Shown here in pieces: positions 8,245 to 16,351 of a stretch of DNA of 31,847 nucleotides. The number at the start of each line of letters is the position of its first letter. The first letter of the stretch is position 1. Position numbers and translations under genes: made by a program. Origin of the DNA: a virus (Duplodnaviria; Caudoviricetes). The notes under the pieces were generated by a model. That model saw only the letters and a list, made by a program, of their open reading frames with translations. It did not search any database and was not told where the DNA came from. Location: IMG/VR virus record IMGVR_UViG_3300030434_000013, positions 1 to 31,847 of that record; one strand, given 5' to 3'.

Positions 8245-8685
8245 GTGGACAGAGAGTTGAACGAGCAGGTCATGATTGAACGAGTCGAGCTGATTGCGCG
8301 ACTGACGACGGAAGGAACGTGTCAGGAAAGAGATCGTGAGATTGCCCTGAATTTGATTGCTGAGATAGCGCGGGGAAATTTAATCAAGAACAACGCATTT
8401 ACCGTTGTGTTCTCAGCATCGCCTGTTCCGGAACGAATCAAAAAAGAGGGTAACGTTCGGGTGAACATTACTCTCGATAAAGATCAGCAGATCGATCATG
8501 CCGTCGTTGAGGCCTTTCAGTGCGAACTGACCCGCAGAATACGCTACCTGTTTCCGTCATCGCGGGTGAACGTGAAAATAGGATCGGTGACGGGTGTCGA
8601 GCTCCAGGGGCTTGAAAAAGAAGCCGATCGCGAGGCGCTGGACGCTATCCTCCGGGAAGTCTGGGAAGACGAGAGCTGGCGCTAG
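8245..8685 (+). CDS. tum: Tum SOS-induced antirepressor (DinI-like C-terminus)
   Basis: GTG start after GGAGG; MDRELNEQVMIERVELIARL...EVWEDESWR (146 aa) resembles 186 Tum; LexA box upstream. Confidence 0.9.
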   Translation: MDRELNEQVMIERVELIARLTTEGTCQERDREIALNLIAEIARGNLIKNNAFTVVFSASPVPERIKKEGNVRVNITLDKDQQIDHAVVEAFQCELTRRIRYLFPSSRVNVKIGSVTGVELQGLEKEADREALDAILREVWEDESWR

Positions 8686-8767
8686 CCCCGGCGTCATCAC
8701 CCGTACCAACACCCTCATTCCTGTTTTGCGCTTCCGTTGAACCACGCTTCGCCGCTCGCGGACGATC

Positions 8768-8830
8768 TGTTGTGCCCGCGATTGTCCATCCGTCAGCGAT
8801 AGCGAAAAGCCTGCTGGCCCGGGAAACTCT
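8768..8830 (+). promoter_or_regulatory. Ogr/B-dependent late promoter upstream of X and lysis genes
   Basis: TGT-N12-CCA (8771-8788; consensus TGT-N12-ACA), centred about 55 bp before a start inferred from a GAAACT -10 at 8823-8828. Confidence 0.55.
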
Positions 8831-8864
8831 ACAGTACCTGGAAACCGGATGTTGGGAGCGTCTG

Positions 8865-9068
8865 ATGAAAATCTATGCAATGCAGGGGGACACGCTTGAT
8901 GCCGTTTGCGCCCGCTTTTATGGGCGCACGGCTGGCGTCGTTGAAGCCGTTCTGAAGGCCAATCCTGGCCTCGCGGAGTTAGGCGTTATCTTGCCTCACG
9001 GCACGCCGGTAGAGATGCCGGAGGTGAATAGCGCCCCCACAAAAGAATCCGTAAACCTATGGGACTGA
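8865..9068 (+). CDS. X: tail protein X (LysM-like)
   Basis: MKIYAMQGDTLDAVCARFYGRT...NPGLA...VNLWD. Confidence 0.93.
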   Translation: MKIYAMQGDTLDAVCARFYGRTAGVVEAVLKANPGLAELGVILPHGTPVEMPEVNSAPTKESVNLWD

Positions 9069-9280
9069 GCCTGGAGAAAATCACCACGTTTATCGCCTAC
9101 TGGCTGGCCGTGGCGCTGGCCTGGTTCGGGGCGATGTCTCCTGAAAAAGTCGCGCTGTACGTCGGGAGTCTTTGCGCCATTTTTACCGCATTAACGAATT
9201 ACTGGTTTAAGCGAAAAACCTGGCGCTATCTCCAGTCTCTTGGCCTCGATAAGAAGAGCATTCGTGAACTCAATCATTAA
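9059..9280 (+). CDS. holin (186/HP1-type)
   Basis: Small hydrophobic protein with TNYWFKRK basic tail, lying between X and the endolysin. Confidence 0.85.
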   Translation: MGLSLEKITTFIAYWLAVALAWFGAMSPEKVALYVGSLCAIFTALTNYWFKRKTWRYLQSLGLDKKSIRELNH

Positions 9281-9773
9281 GCGTTGCAGCGTCGCCGGCG
9301 TGCTGGCCCTGGCGGTGCTGATGCCTGACTTTCGATTACTGAAAACGTCCCCGGAAGGATTGGCGTTGATTGCCGATCTCGAAGGATGTCGCCTCTCGCC
9401 CTACCGGTGTAGCGCCGGCGTATGGACGTCCGGCATTGGCCACACGGCAAACGTTGTGCCGACGCGGGACATTACCGAGCGTGAGGCCGCGGTAAATCTG
9501 GTCGCTGATGTGCTCAATGTTGAGCGGCGTCTGGCGGCGTGTGCGCCAGTAGAGATGCCGCCCCGGGTCTATGACGCGCTGGTGAGTTTTACCTTTAATG
9601 TCGGCGCAGGCGCCGCCTGCCGTTCGACGCTGATGTCCTTTATCAAACGTAAACAGTGGGTGCAGGCATGCGGGCAGCTTACCCGCTGGGTGTACGTCAA
9701 CGGCGTCAAAAATGCCGGGCTGGAAAACCGTCGCGTCCGCGAGAAGGCCTGGTGCATGAAGGGGCTGCCATGA
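9264..9773 (+). CDS. SAR endolysin (GH24 lysozyme)
   Basis: N-terminal signal-anchor KRCSVAGVLALAVL; catalytic E-X8-C-X5-T (EGCRLSPYRCSAGVWT); GLENRR. Confidence 0.92.
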   Translation: MNSIIKRCSVAGVLALAVLMPDFRLLKTSPEGLALIADLEGCRLSPYRCSAGVWTSGIGHTANVVPTRDITEREAAVNLVADVLNVERRLAACAPVEMPPRVYDALVSFTFNVGAGAACRSTLMSFIKRKQWVQACGQLTRWVYVNGVKNAGLENRRVREKAWCMKGLP

Positions 9774-10195
9774 GAACGCTCATGCTGGCGCTGGCCGGGC
9801 TGCTGGCCATCGCGCTGTGGCTTCGTCATGACAATCTGAACCTGTCCCGTTCCTTAGCTACGGCCAATCGGGTCGCCAGCGAGCAAAAAACGGCCCTCGC
9901 CACGCTTAATCAGCAGCTGTCCCTGTCGCAGCGGATGGCCAGAGCAAATGAAAACGCCCAGGTCAGGCTCCGTGAGGAGCTTGTCACGGCGGGCGAGGAG
10001 GGGGCAAGACGGGAAGCGACTATCGGGAGATTACTCAATGAAAATGAAGCGTTACGCCGCTGGTATACCGCTCAGCTGCCTGATGCTGTCCGCAGGCTGC
10101 ACACCCGGACCGCCTGCGCCTCCGCAGCACATTGTTTACAACGCCTGCCCGAAGGTGAGCCTTTGCCCGATGCCGGGAAGCGAACCCGCCACTAA
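9770..10195 (+). CDS. lysB: i-spanin LysB (Rz-like)
   Basis: N-terminal TM, coiled coil, ENEALRRW...LPDAV; ATGA overlap with the endolysin. Confidence 0.9.
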   Translation: MRTLMLALAGLLAIALWLRHDNLNLSRSLATANRVASEQKTALATLNQQLSLSQRMARANENAQVRLREELVTAGEEGARREATIGRLLNENEALRRWYTAQLPDAVRRLHTRTACASAAHCLQRLPEGEPLPDAGKRTRH

Positions 10196-10328
10196 CGGCG
10201 ATCTCAGCGCGGATATTCGCAGGCTGGAATACGCCCTTATCGCCTGCGCGCTGCAGGTTGAAACCATTAAAGACTGTCAGGATAAACTCGATGCACAAAC
10301 TCAAGAGCCTGCGTCAGGCATTAATTGA
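10038..10328 (+). CDS. lysC: o-spanin LysC (Rz1-like lipoprotein)
   Basis: Overlaps lysB; lipobox LSAGC; Pro-rich; CPKVSLC...TNGDL. Confidence 0.88.
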   Translation: MKMKRYAAGIPLSCLMLSAGCTPGPPAPPQHIVYNACPKVSLCPMPGSEPATNGDLSADIRRLEYALIACALQVETIKDCQDKLDAQTQEPASGIN

Positions 10329-10758
10329 CGCGATCCCCCAACTCAATGCCAACCCGGAGCGCCTGCAGATGTCGGTCGGAGGCGGCAATATTGACGCCCG
10401 CCAGGCCTCCTCGCTCTCCTTTGAAAAGCGGTATGCGCTGAACGTGAAGGTTAGCGGCTTCACCGGCGACAGCGAGGGATTTTTCGTCCCGGTGCTGGCC
10501 TGGCTTCGGGAAAACCAGCCGGATATTTTTACCCTCGATGAAGGCCGTAAAAACGGTTACACCTTCGCGATCGTCTTAAACGATGACGATACGATGGATA
10601 TCACCATCAGCGTGCAATTAACCGAGCGTATTCTTGTTTCCCAGGAGCAGGGCGCTCTGCACGCGACGTATTCCCCCGAGCCGCCGCTGCCGGAGCCCGT
10701 CACGCGGCCGAAGGCGCTGTACGTCAACGGCGAGCTGGTCAGCCAGTGGGAGGAGTAA
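10291..10758 (+). CDS. R: tail completion protein R
   Basis: MHKLKSLRQAL...SLSFE...WLRENQPD...LTER...EPPLPEP. Confidence 0.9.
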   Translation: MHKLKSLRQALIDAIPQLNANPERLQMSVGGGNIDARQASSLSFEKRYALNVKVSGFTGDSEGFFVPVLAWLRENQPDIFTLDEGRKNGYTFAIVLNDDDTMDITISVQLTERILVSQEQGALHATYSPEPPLPEPVTRPKALYVNGELVSQWEE

Positions 10759-10803
10759 TTTCCCCGCGCTGAAGGCCGCCATCCGCCTGCCGTCTGGACC
10801 GCT

Positions 10804-10870
10804 TGTTGTATCATCCCGCAGAAAACCCCGTCTCGTTGCTGCCGTTCCTCCTGAACGGCATTCTCTTCTC
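10804..10870 (+). promoter_or_regulatory. late promoter pV (probably leaderless transcript)
   Basis: TGT-N12-AAA at 10807-10824, centred about -55 from the ATG. CATTCT -10 lies six nt before the ATG and there is no SD; P2 V mRNA is leaderless. Confidence 0.6.
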
Positions 10871-11512
10871 ATGAATACATTAACTTCCATGAACGGCATC
10901 GCTCGCGCGATCCGCAATCTTATTCGTATCGGTGTTGTGACCGATGTTGACCTCAGCAGAGGACTTTGTCGTGTCCAGACCGGCGGGATGAAAACCACCT
11001 GGCTGAACTGGCTCACCTGTCGTGCGGGACGTTCGCGCGTCTGGTGGGCCCCTTCCGAGGGGGAACAGGTGCTGCTGCTGGCCATCGGCGGCGAGCTTGA
11101 TACCGCTTTTGTGCTGCCCGGCATTTTCTCTGACGACCATCCGGCGCCGTCCGGGTCGCCTGATGCGTTCCACGTCTCGTTTCCTGACGGGGCGGTCATC
11201 GAGTACGAACCCGGTCACGGGGCGCTGACGGTTACAGGCATTAAAACGGCCGATATTACCGCCTCTGAATCGCTGACCGCCACCGTGCCGGAGGTGAGGG
11301 TGACGTCAACGTCCCGCATCACGCTGGATACGCCTGAAGTGGTGTGCACTAACAAGTTAATTACCGCCTCTCTTGAAGTGCAGAAGGGCGGTGTGATGGC
11401 CGGAAATATTGAGCATTCCGGCGGTAAATTCACCTCCAACGGGGTGCAGGTGGATAACCACGCGCACGGCAGTGTGCAAAGCGGCGGAAGCTGGACTAAG
11501 GGGACACAATGA
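10871..11512 (+). CDS. V: baseplate spike protein V
   Basis: NLIRIGVV...RAGRSRVWWAPSEGEQV...C-terminal HAH iron-binding motif. Confidence 0.94.
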   Translation: MNTLTSMNGIARAIRNLIRIGVVTDVDLSRGLCRVQTGGMKTTWLNWLTCRAGRSRVWWAPSEGEQVLLLAIGGELDTAFVLPGIFSDDHPAPSGSPDAFHVSFPDGAVIEYEPGHGALTVTGIKTADITASESLTATVPEVRVTSTSRITLDTPEVVCTNKLITASLEVQKGGVMAGNIEHSGGKFTSNGVQVDNHAHGSVQSGGSWTKGTQ

Positions 11513-11859
11513 CGGTGCGTTACAGGGGGATGAACAGGCAGACCGGGCTTAGCCTTTCAGAGGCGGAACACATCCGGCAAAGCGTGCGCGACATTCTGAT
11601 TACGCCGATTGGCTCGCGGGTCATGCGGCGGGATTACGGCTCGCTGCTGGCGGCGATGATCGACAGGCCGCAGAGCCCGGCGCTGCGTCTGCAAATCATG
11701 GCCGCCTGTTATTCCGCCATCCAGAAATGGGAGCCGCGAATAAGCCTGACGGCCATCACTTTCGAGCGTTCGGAGAACGACGGGACGTTGTATGTCGATA
11801 TCACCGGCACGCGCCCGACCTCCGGGCAATCCTTTTCTATCACCATTTCACTGAGTTAA
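11509..11859 (+). CDS. W: baseplate protein W (gp25-like)
   Basis: HIRQSVRDILITPIGSRVMRRDYGS...WEPRI. Confidence 0.94.
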   Translation: MTVRYRGMNRQTGLSLSEAEHIRQSVRDILITPIGSRVMRRDYGSLLAAMIDRPQSPALRLQIMAACYSAIQKWEPRISLTAITFERSENDGTLYVDITGTRPTSGQSFSITISLS

Positions 11860-11864
11860 ACGCT

Positions 11865-12773
11865 ATGGCTATTGTTGATCTGAGCCAGCTCGCCGCGCCT
11901 GATGTCGTGGAGGAGGTGGATTATGAAACGCTGTTGGCAGAACGAAAGGCCACCTTTGTCTCCCTCTATCCGGAAGAGGAGCGAGAGGCGATTGCACGGA
12001 CGCTGACGCTGGAATCCGAGCCGATTGTGAAGCTGCTGCAGGAGAATGCCTACCGGGAAGTTATCTGGCGCCAGCGGGTTAATGAGGCTGCGCTGGCCGT
12101 GACGCTGGCCTATTCTTCCGGTCACGATCTGGACGTTATTGCGGGAAACAATAATACCGAACGCCTGACCATCACCCCGGGCGATGACACTACCATTCCG
12201 CCAACGGCTGCCGTCATGGAGTCTGATGCTGACCTGCGACTGCGTGCGCAGCAGGCCTTTGAAGGGTTGAGCGTCGCGGGACCGGTTGGAGCCTATGAAT
12301 ATCATGGTCGAAGCGCCGACGGACGGGTCGCTGACGTTTCAGTTGAAAGCCCTCAGCCCGCATACGTGACGATTTCGGTGTTATCCCGTGAGGGTGATGG
12401 TACCGCTCGTCCTGAACTACTGGCGGTTGTTGAAAAAGCGCTTAACGCTGAAACCGTCCGCCCGGTCGGCGATCGTGTAACTGTCCAGTCAGCAGAAATT
12501 GTGCCTTACAAGATAAACGCAACGCTCTACGTTTATCCCGGACCAGAAGCTGAACCCATCAGGCAAGCTGCAGAGCAGAAGCTGCAGAATTATATCAGCG
12601 CGCAGCATCGCCTTGGACGCGATATTCGTCTCTCGGCCATCTATGCAGCACTTCACGTTGAAGGCGTGCAGCGCGTGGAACTGGAATCTCCCCACTCTGA
12701 CATTGTACTGAGTAAGTCGCAGGCCTCGAACTGTACCTCGTATCAGATAGCGATCGGGGGTTCGGATGAGTGA
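11865..12773 (+). CDS. J: baseplate protein J
   Basis: MAIVDLSQLAAPDVVE...SVAGPVGAY...RPVGDRV. Confidence 0.95.
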   Translation: MAIVDLSQLAAPDVVEEVDYETLLAERKATFVSLYPEEEREAIARTLTLESEPIVKLLQENAYREVIWRQRVNEAALAVTLAYSSGHDLDVIAGNNNTERLTITPGDDTTIPPTAAVMESDADLRLRAQQAFEGLSVAGPVGAYEYHGRSADGRVADVSVESPQPAYVTISVLSREGDGTARPELLAVVEKALNAETVRPVGDRVTVQSAEIVPYKINATLYVYPGPEAEPIRQAAEQKLQNYISAQHRLGRDIRLSAIYAALHVEGVQRVELESPHSDIVLSKSQASNCTSYQIAIGGSDE

Positions 12774-13374
12774 AAGGCTGTTACCCGTTGGATCCTCGCC
12801 GCTGGAAGTCGCCGCTGCCGCTGCGCTCTCGAATATTGAACGAGTGCCGGTACCGCTACGCACCTTATGGAACCCCAGCGCGTGCCCGGTGAATTTACTT
12901 CCCTACCTGGCATGGGCGCTGTCGGTAGACCGTTGGGATGAGGCGTGGCCGGAGAGCACGAAGCGCAGCGTCATTATGTCCTCGTTTTTCGTCCATCAGC
13001 ACAAAGGAACCATCAGCGCATTGCGTCGTGTGGTGGAACCGCTTGGCTTTTTGATTGAGGTGCGCGAGTGGTGGCAGCTCGGTGAGGAGCCTGGCACATT
13101 CCGTCTGGTTGTCGGTGTGCTTGATAACGGCATCACTGACGAAATGTATCAGGAGCTTGAACGGCTCATTGAGGATGCCAAACCGGCAAGTAGACACATG
13201 ACCGGGCTGGCTATCAGCCTGAGCTCAACGGGAGAGTTTTATGTTGGCGCAGGATGCTATCACGGCGATGCGCTGGCTGTTTACCCCTATACCACTGAGG
13301 AACTTATTGTCAGTGGTGATTATTACCCGGCCTCGGCCATCCATTTGATTGATAACCTGAGAGTGAACGCATGA
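12766..13374 (+). CDS. I: baseplate/tail protein I
   Basis: LLPYLAWALSVDRWD...HKGT...AKPASRH. Confidence 0.95.
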   Translation: MSERLLPVGSSPLEVAAAAALSNIERVPVPLRTLWNPSACPVNLLPYLAWALSVDRWDEAWPESTKRSVIMSSFFVHQHKGTISALRRVVEPLGFLIEVREWWQLGEEPGTFRLVVGVLDNGITDEMYQELERLIEDAKPASRHMTGLAISLSSTGEFYVGAGCYHGDALAVYPYTTEELIVSGDYYPASAIHLIDNLRVNA

Positions 13375-14420
13375 CCGCAAAATATTTTGCCATACTGACG
13401 AATCAGGGCGCGGCGCGGCTAGCTAACGCGACGGCACTTGGTACGCAACTCAACCTGACGCAAATGGCGGTAGGCGACGCCAACGGAACGTTGCCAACCC
13501 CCGACCCGGCGCAGACGAAGCTCGTCAACCAAAAACGCATAGCGCCGCTGAACCTGCTCGCTGTTGACCCAAACAATACCAGCCAGATCATCGCTGAACA
13601 GATTATTCCCGAGAATGAGGGCGGTTTCTGGATCCGAGAGATCGGTCTCTATGACGACGACGGCATTCTGATCGCCGTGGCTAACTGCCCGGAGACATAT
13701 AAGCCTCAGCTGCAGGAAGGCAGTGGCCGCACGCAGACCATCCGCATGATTCTTATTGTGTCGAGCACATCATCAATTTCCCTGAAAATTGATCCGTCGG
13801 TTGTGCTGGCAACGCGTCAGTACGTTGACGATAAAGTTATTGAGGTAAAGGGCTACGCTGATGATCAGATGAAAAAGCATATTGCTGCTGATAATCCGCA
13901 TAAACAGTACCCTTTAATCGCCAATGCGTTAAAAGAAATTGCCGATGCGGGGTTAAGCGCTGAGGTTCTCAAAAACCTTGGTTTGGGAGAAGGCTCTGCT
14001 TTGCCGGTTGGCGTCCCCGTTCCGTGGCCGTCAGCAACTCCACCGACGGGGTGGCTTAAATGCAACGGAGCGGCGTTCACAGCCTCCCAGTACCCTAAAT
14101 TGGCGCTTGCCTATCCAGCCCTCAAACTGCCAGATCTTCGCGCTGAGTTTATACGTGGCTGGGATGATGGCAGAGGTATAGATAGCGGAAGGGGGTTGCT
14201 GTCAGCCCAGTTTGGTTCCGGGATTGGGATGTTTGTTGGCGGTTATTCTGATGGAACTGCATATATTGCAGTGAGTGATTTCGATAGCGTTGTCGATAAT
14301 AGCCCATCATGGTCACATATTAGTACCGCTGGAATAATTTCTTCAATTACGGGGCAAAAGTCATCATTTGGCGCCCGCCCCCGTAACATCGCATTTAACT
14401 ACATCGTGAGGGCTGCATAA
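13371..14420 (+). CDS. H: tail fibre H (constant N-terminus plus invertible C-terminus with collar domain)
   Basis: MTAKYFAILTNQG...GGFWIREIG...PVGVPVPWP...RPRNIAFNYIVRAA. Confidence 0.93.
   Translation: MTAKYFAILTNQGAARLANATALGTQLNLTQMAVGDANGTLPTPDPAQTKLVNQKRIAPLNLLAVDPNNTSQIIAEQIIPENEGGFWIREIGLYDDDGILIAVANCPETYKPQLQEGSGRTQTIRMILIVSSTSSISLKIDPSVVLATRQYVDDKVIEVKGYADDQMKKHIAADNPHKQYPLIANALKEIADAGLSAEVLKNLGLGEGSALPVGVPVPWPSATPPTGWLKCNGAAFTASQYPKLALAYPALKLPDLRAEFIRGWDDGRGIDSGRGLLSAQFGSGIGMFVGGYSDGTAYIAVSDFDSVVDNSPSWSHISTAGIISSITGQKSSFGARPRNIAFNYIVRAA
13966..13991 (+). repeat. hix/gix-type inversion site (left)
   Basis: TTCTCAAAAACC-TT-GGTTTGGGAGAA, 26 bp, inside H. Confidence 0.88.
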
Positions 14421-15019
14421 TGGCGAAGGCAAAATTAAACAATGAGCTTATTGCTACAGTGACCGGTGATATAACTGTGTTTAACTACGATGGTGAAACG
14501 CGCGAATATATTTCCTCCTCGGTTGAATATTTAGCGGAAGGTGTAGGTATTCCAGCCTTGTCATGCATTGATGCGCCTGGTGAAATTAAAGAAGGTTTTA
14601 CTATTTGCCGCACCTTTGACTTAAACGGATGGGAGTACATCGCTGATCATCGCGGTAAAACTGTATATAGCACAAAGTCAGGGGAGAAAGTCACGATTTC
14701 CCTACCGGGTGATTATCCGAAAGATACGACGACACAAGCCCCTGGAACGCCATATGATAAGTGGAATGGCAGCGAGTGGATAACCGACGCAAAAGCGAAA
14801 CACTCTGCGGATGTGGCAAAGGCCGAACAGCAGAAAACTGCATTGCTAGCGGAAGCGTCTGCAATTATCGCACCATTGGTAGATGCTCAGGCTGGAGGCT
14901 ACATTGATGATGCAGATATCCCACGTCTGACTGAATGGCAGCGGTATCGTTATAAGTTAACTAAGGTTGTTACCGATACCGCTCCGAACCTTAACCTTCC
15001 ACCGAAACCCGAGGTATAG
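14420..15019 (+). CDS. G: tail fibre assembly chaperone
   Basis: GIPA...DHRG...PYDKWNGSEW...WQRYR (Tfa family). Confidence 0.9.
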   Translation: MAKAKLNNELIATVTGDITVFNYDGETREYISSSVEYLAEGVGIPALSCIDAPGEIKEGFTICRTFDLNGWEYIADHRGKTVYSTKSGEKVTISLPGDYPKDTTTQAPGTPYDKWNGSEWITDAKAKHSADVAKAEQQKTALLAEASAIIAPLVDAQAGGYIDDADIPRLTEWQRYRYKLTKVVTDTAPNLNLPPKPEV

Positions 15020-15020
15020 G

Positions 15021-15098
15021 TCATTCAATATCGGGTGCTTTTGATGTATCAATAATCATCAGCAGCACCTGATATTTTCTGCATTTAGCCAGACAACG
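15021..15098 (-). pseudogene. degenerate C-terminus of a tail fibre assembly gene
   Basis: RCLAKCRKYQVLLMIIDTSKAPDIE*, with TGA at the position of the usual W in PDIEWP. Confidence 0.65.
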
Positions 15099-15105
15099 TA
15101 TTCAT

Positions 15106-15300
15106 TTAATCGTTGCCAGAGATATCAGATTTAATTTCCATAAGAGTTGGCTCACCTTTTTCATTGACGTCAAGTCGCATTCCCTCTGGTATTTCCCGTA
15201 TCGTGAAAAACCAGTTATCCTCAGGGAGTTGAATAGCAGCTCCAGTTTCGTGGAAACCATGAATGACCTCCGTCATCGTGATCGGATTAAATAGGCGCAT
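15106..15300 (-). CDS. short chaperone-like ORF of the alternative fibre cassette
   Basis: MRLFNPITMTEV...IPEGMRLDVNEKGEP; overlaps the end of the alternative fibre segment. Confidence 0.65.
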   Translation of the reverse strand: MRLFNPITMTEVIHGFHETGAAIQLPEDNWFFTIREIPEGMRLDVNEKGEPTLMEIKSDISGND

Positions 15301-15628
15301 AGTAAACTCTCCACGAAAAACCATTATTTGATGGGGCACCCGTTGCAGCCATTGTGCAACGAGCTTTGAAACCGACATTTGTTGTTAAAGCATCAATGAT
15401 CATTGATGAATGAGCATAGTTGGGCGTAGTACCGGGATCAGCAGAAAGACGTTCGGCAATGCTGATATAGCGGCTTATACCTGGCAGCGCAATTGGATAA
15501 TTAACCGTTGCCAGGCCGTTATCAAGGATTACACCATACCCCATAACCTCAATGGCTCCATCCGACCATATTACCCAAGCTCCATTGGCGTTACTTCCTC
15601 GACTGGTTACGTATTTAGCTCCTCCCAA
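15287..15628 (-). CDS. silent alternative tail fibre C-terminus
   Basis: Begins at the inversion site (NLG-LGGAKYV...), in frame with the H N-terminus after inversion; NGAWVIWSDGAIEV fibre-type motif. Confidence 0.82.
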   Translation of the reverse strand: MGGAKYVTSRGSNANGAWVIWSDGAIEVMGYGVILDNGLATVNYPIALPGISRYISIAERLSADPGTTPNYAHSSMIIDALTTNVGFKARCTMAATGAPSNNGFSWRVYYAPI

Positions 15629-15645
15629 ACCAAGGTTTTAGAAAA
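15620..15645 (-). repeat. hix/gix-type inversion site (right, inverted)
   Basis: Minus strand TTTTCTAAAACC-TT-GGTTTGGGAGGA; same TT core as the left site. Confidence 0.88.
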
Positions 15646-15699
15646 TGCGTGTTTATCCATTAAATGGCATGATTTCCGGTTTTGACGGAGAGAAATACC

Positions 15700-16293
15700 A
15701 TGCTTATTGGATACGTACGCGTGTCAACAAATGAACAAAACACCGCCTTACAGCGTGACGCACTACAGCGTTCAGGATGTGAGCTCATTTTTGAAGATAA
15801 AATCAGCGGTAAATCGACAAACAGACCGGGACTCAATCGAGCCCTCAGACAACTTAATGCGGGCGATACTCTCGTTGTATGGAAACTTGATCGGCTCGGG
15901 CGCAGTATGCGCCACCTCGTTTCAATGACCGAGGAACTACGCCATCGAAGCATTAACTTCCGCAGTTTGACTGATAGCATTGATACCTCAACGCCAATGG
16001 GTCGTTTCTTCTTCCATATCATGGGGGCGCTTGCTGAAATGGAGCGTGAACTCATTGTTGAGAGGACGTGCGCCGGGCTAGCCGCAGCGCGGGAACAGGG
16101 ACGAATTGGTGGCAGACGCCCTAAATTGACGCAGGATGAATGGGCTCAGGCTGGCAGGCTGATTGCTGCCGGGGAATCCCGACAGCGCGTTGCGTTAATT
16201 TTTGATGTGGGTATTTCCACGCTTTATAAAAAATTCCCCGCCACGATAGTCGGACAATCGTTGTGCCAGCGGCCGCTGGACAGGGATGGTTAG
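15700..16293 (+). CDS. serine DNA invertase (Hin/Gin/Pin family)
   Basis: MLIGYVRVST, VWKLDRLGRS, GRIGGR, C-terminal HTH STLYKKFP. Confidence 0.94.
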   Translation: MLIGYVRVSTNEQNTALQRDALQRSGCELIFEDKISGKSTNRPGLNRALRQLNAGDTLVVWKLDRLGRSMRHLVSMTEELRHRSINFRSLTDSIDTSTPMGRFFFHIMGALAEMERELIVERTCAGLAAAREQGRIGGRRPKLTQDEWAQAGRLIAAGESRQRVALIFDVGISTLYKKFPATIVGQSLCQRPLDRDG

Positions 16294-16325
16294 CTCATAG
16301 CAAGCCCAGCCGCGACAATATCACT
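16259..16325 (+). promoter_or_regulatory. late promoter pF
   Basis: GTTGTG start as in the other two late promoters; palindrome CCAGCGGCCGCTGG; GACAAT -10 at 16314-16319. Confidence 0.5.
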
Positions 16326-16351
16326 CACCAACTAACCAAGGAGTTAAACGG

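Noticed and set aside
8557-8880. Minus-strand ORF as a remnant of terminase gene P
   Set aside because: No resemblance to the gpP N-terminus; it overlaps tum and the late promoter.
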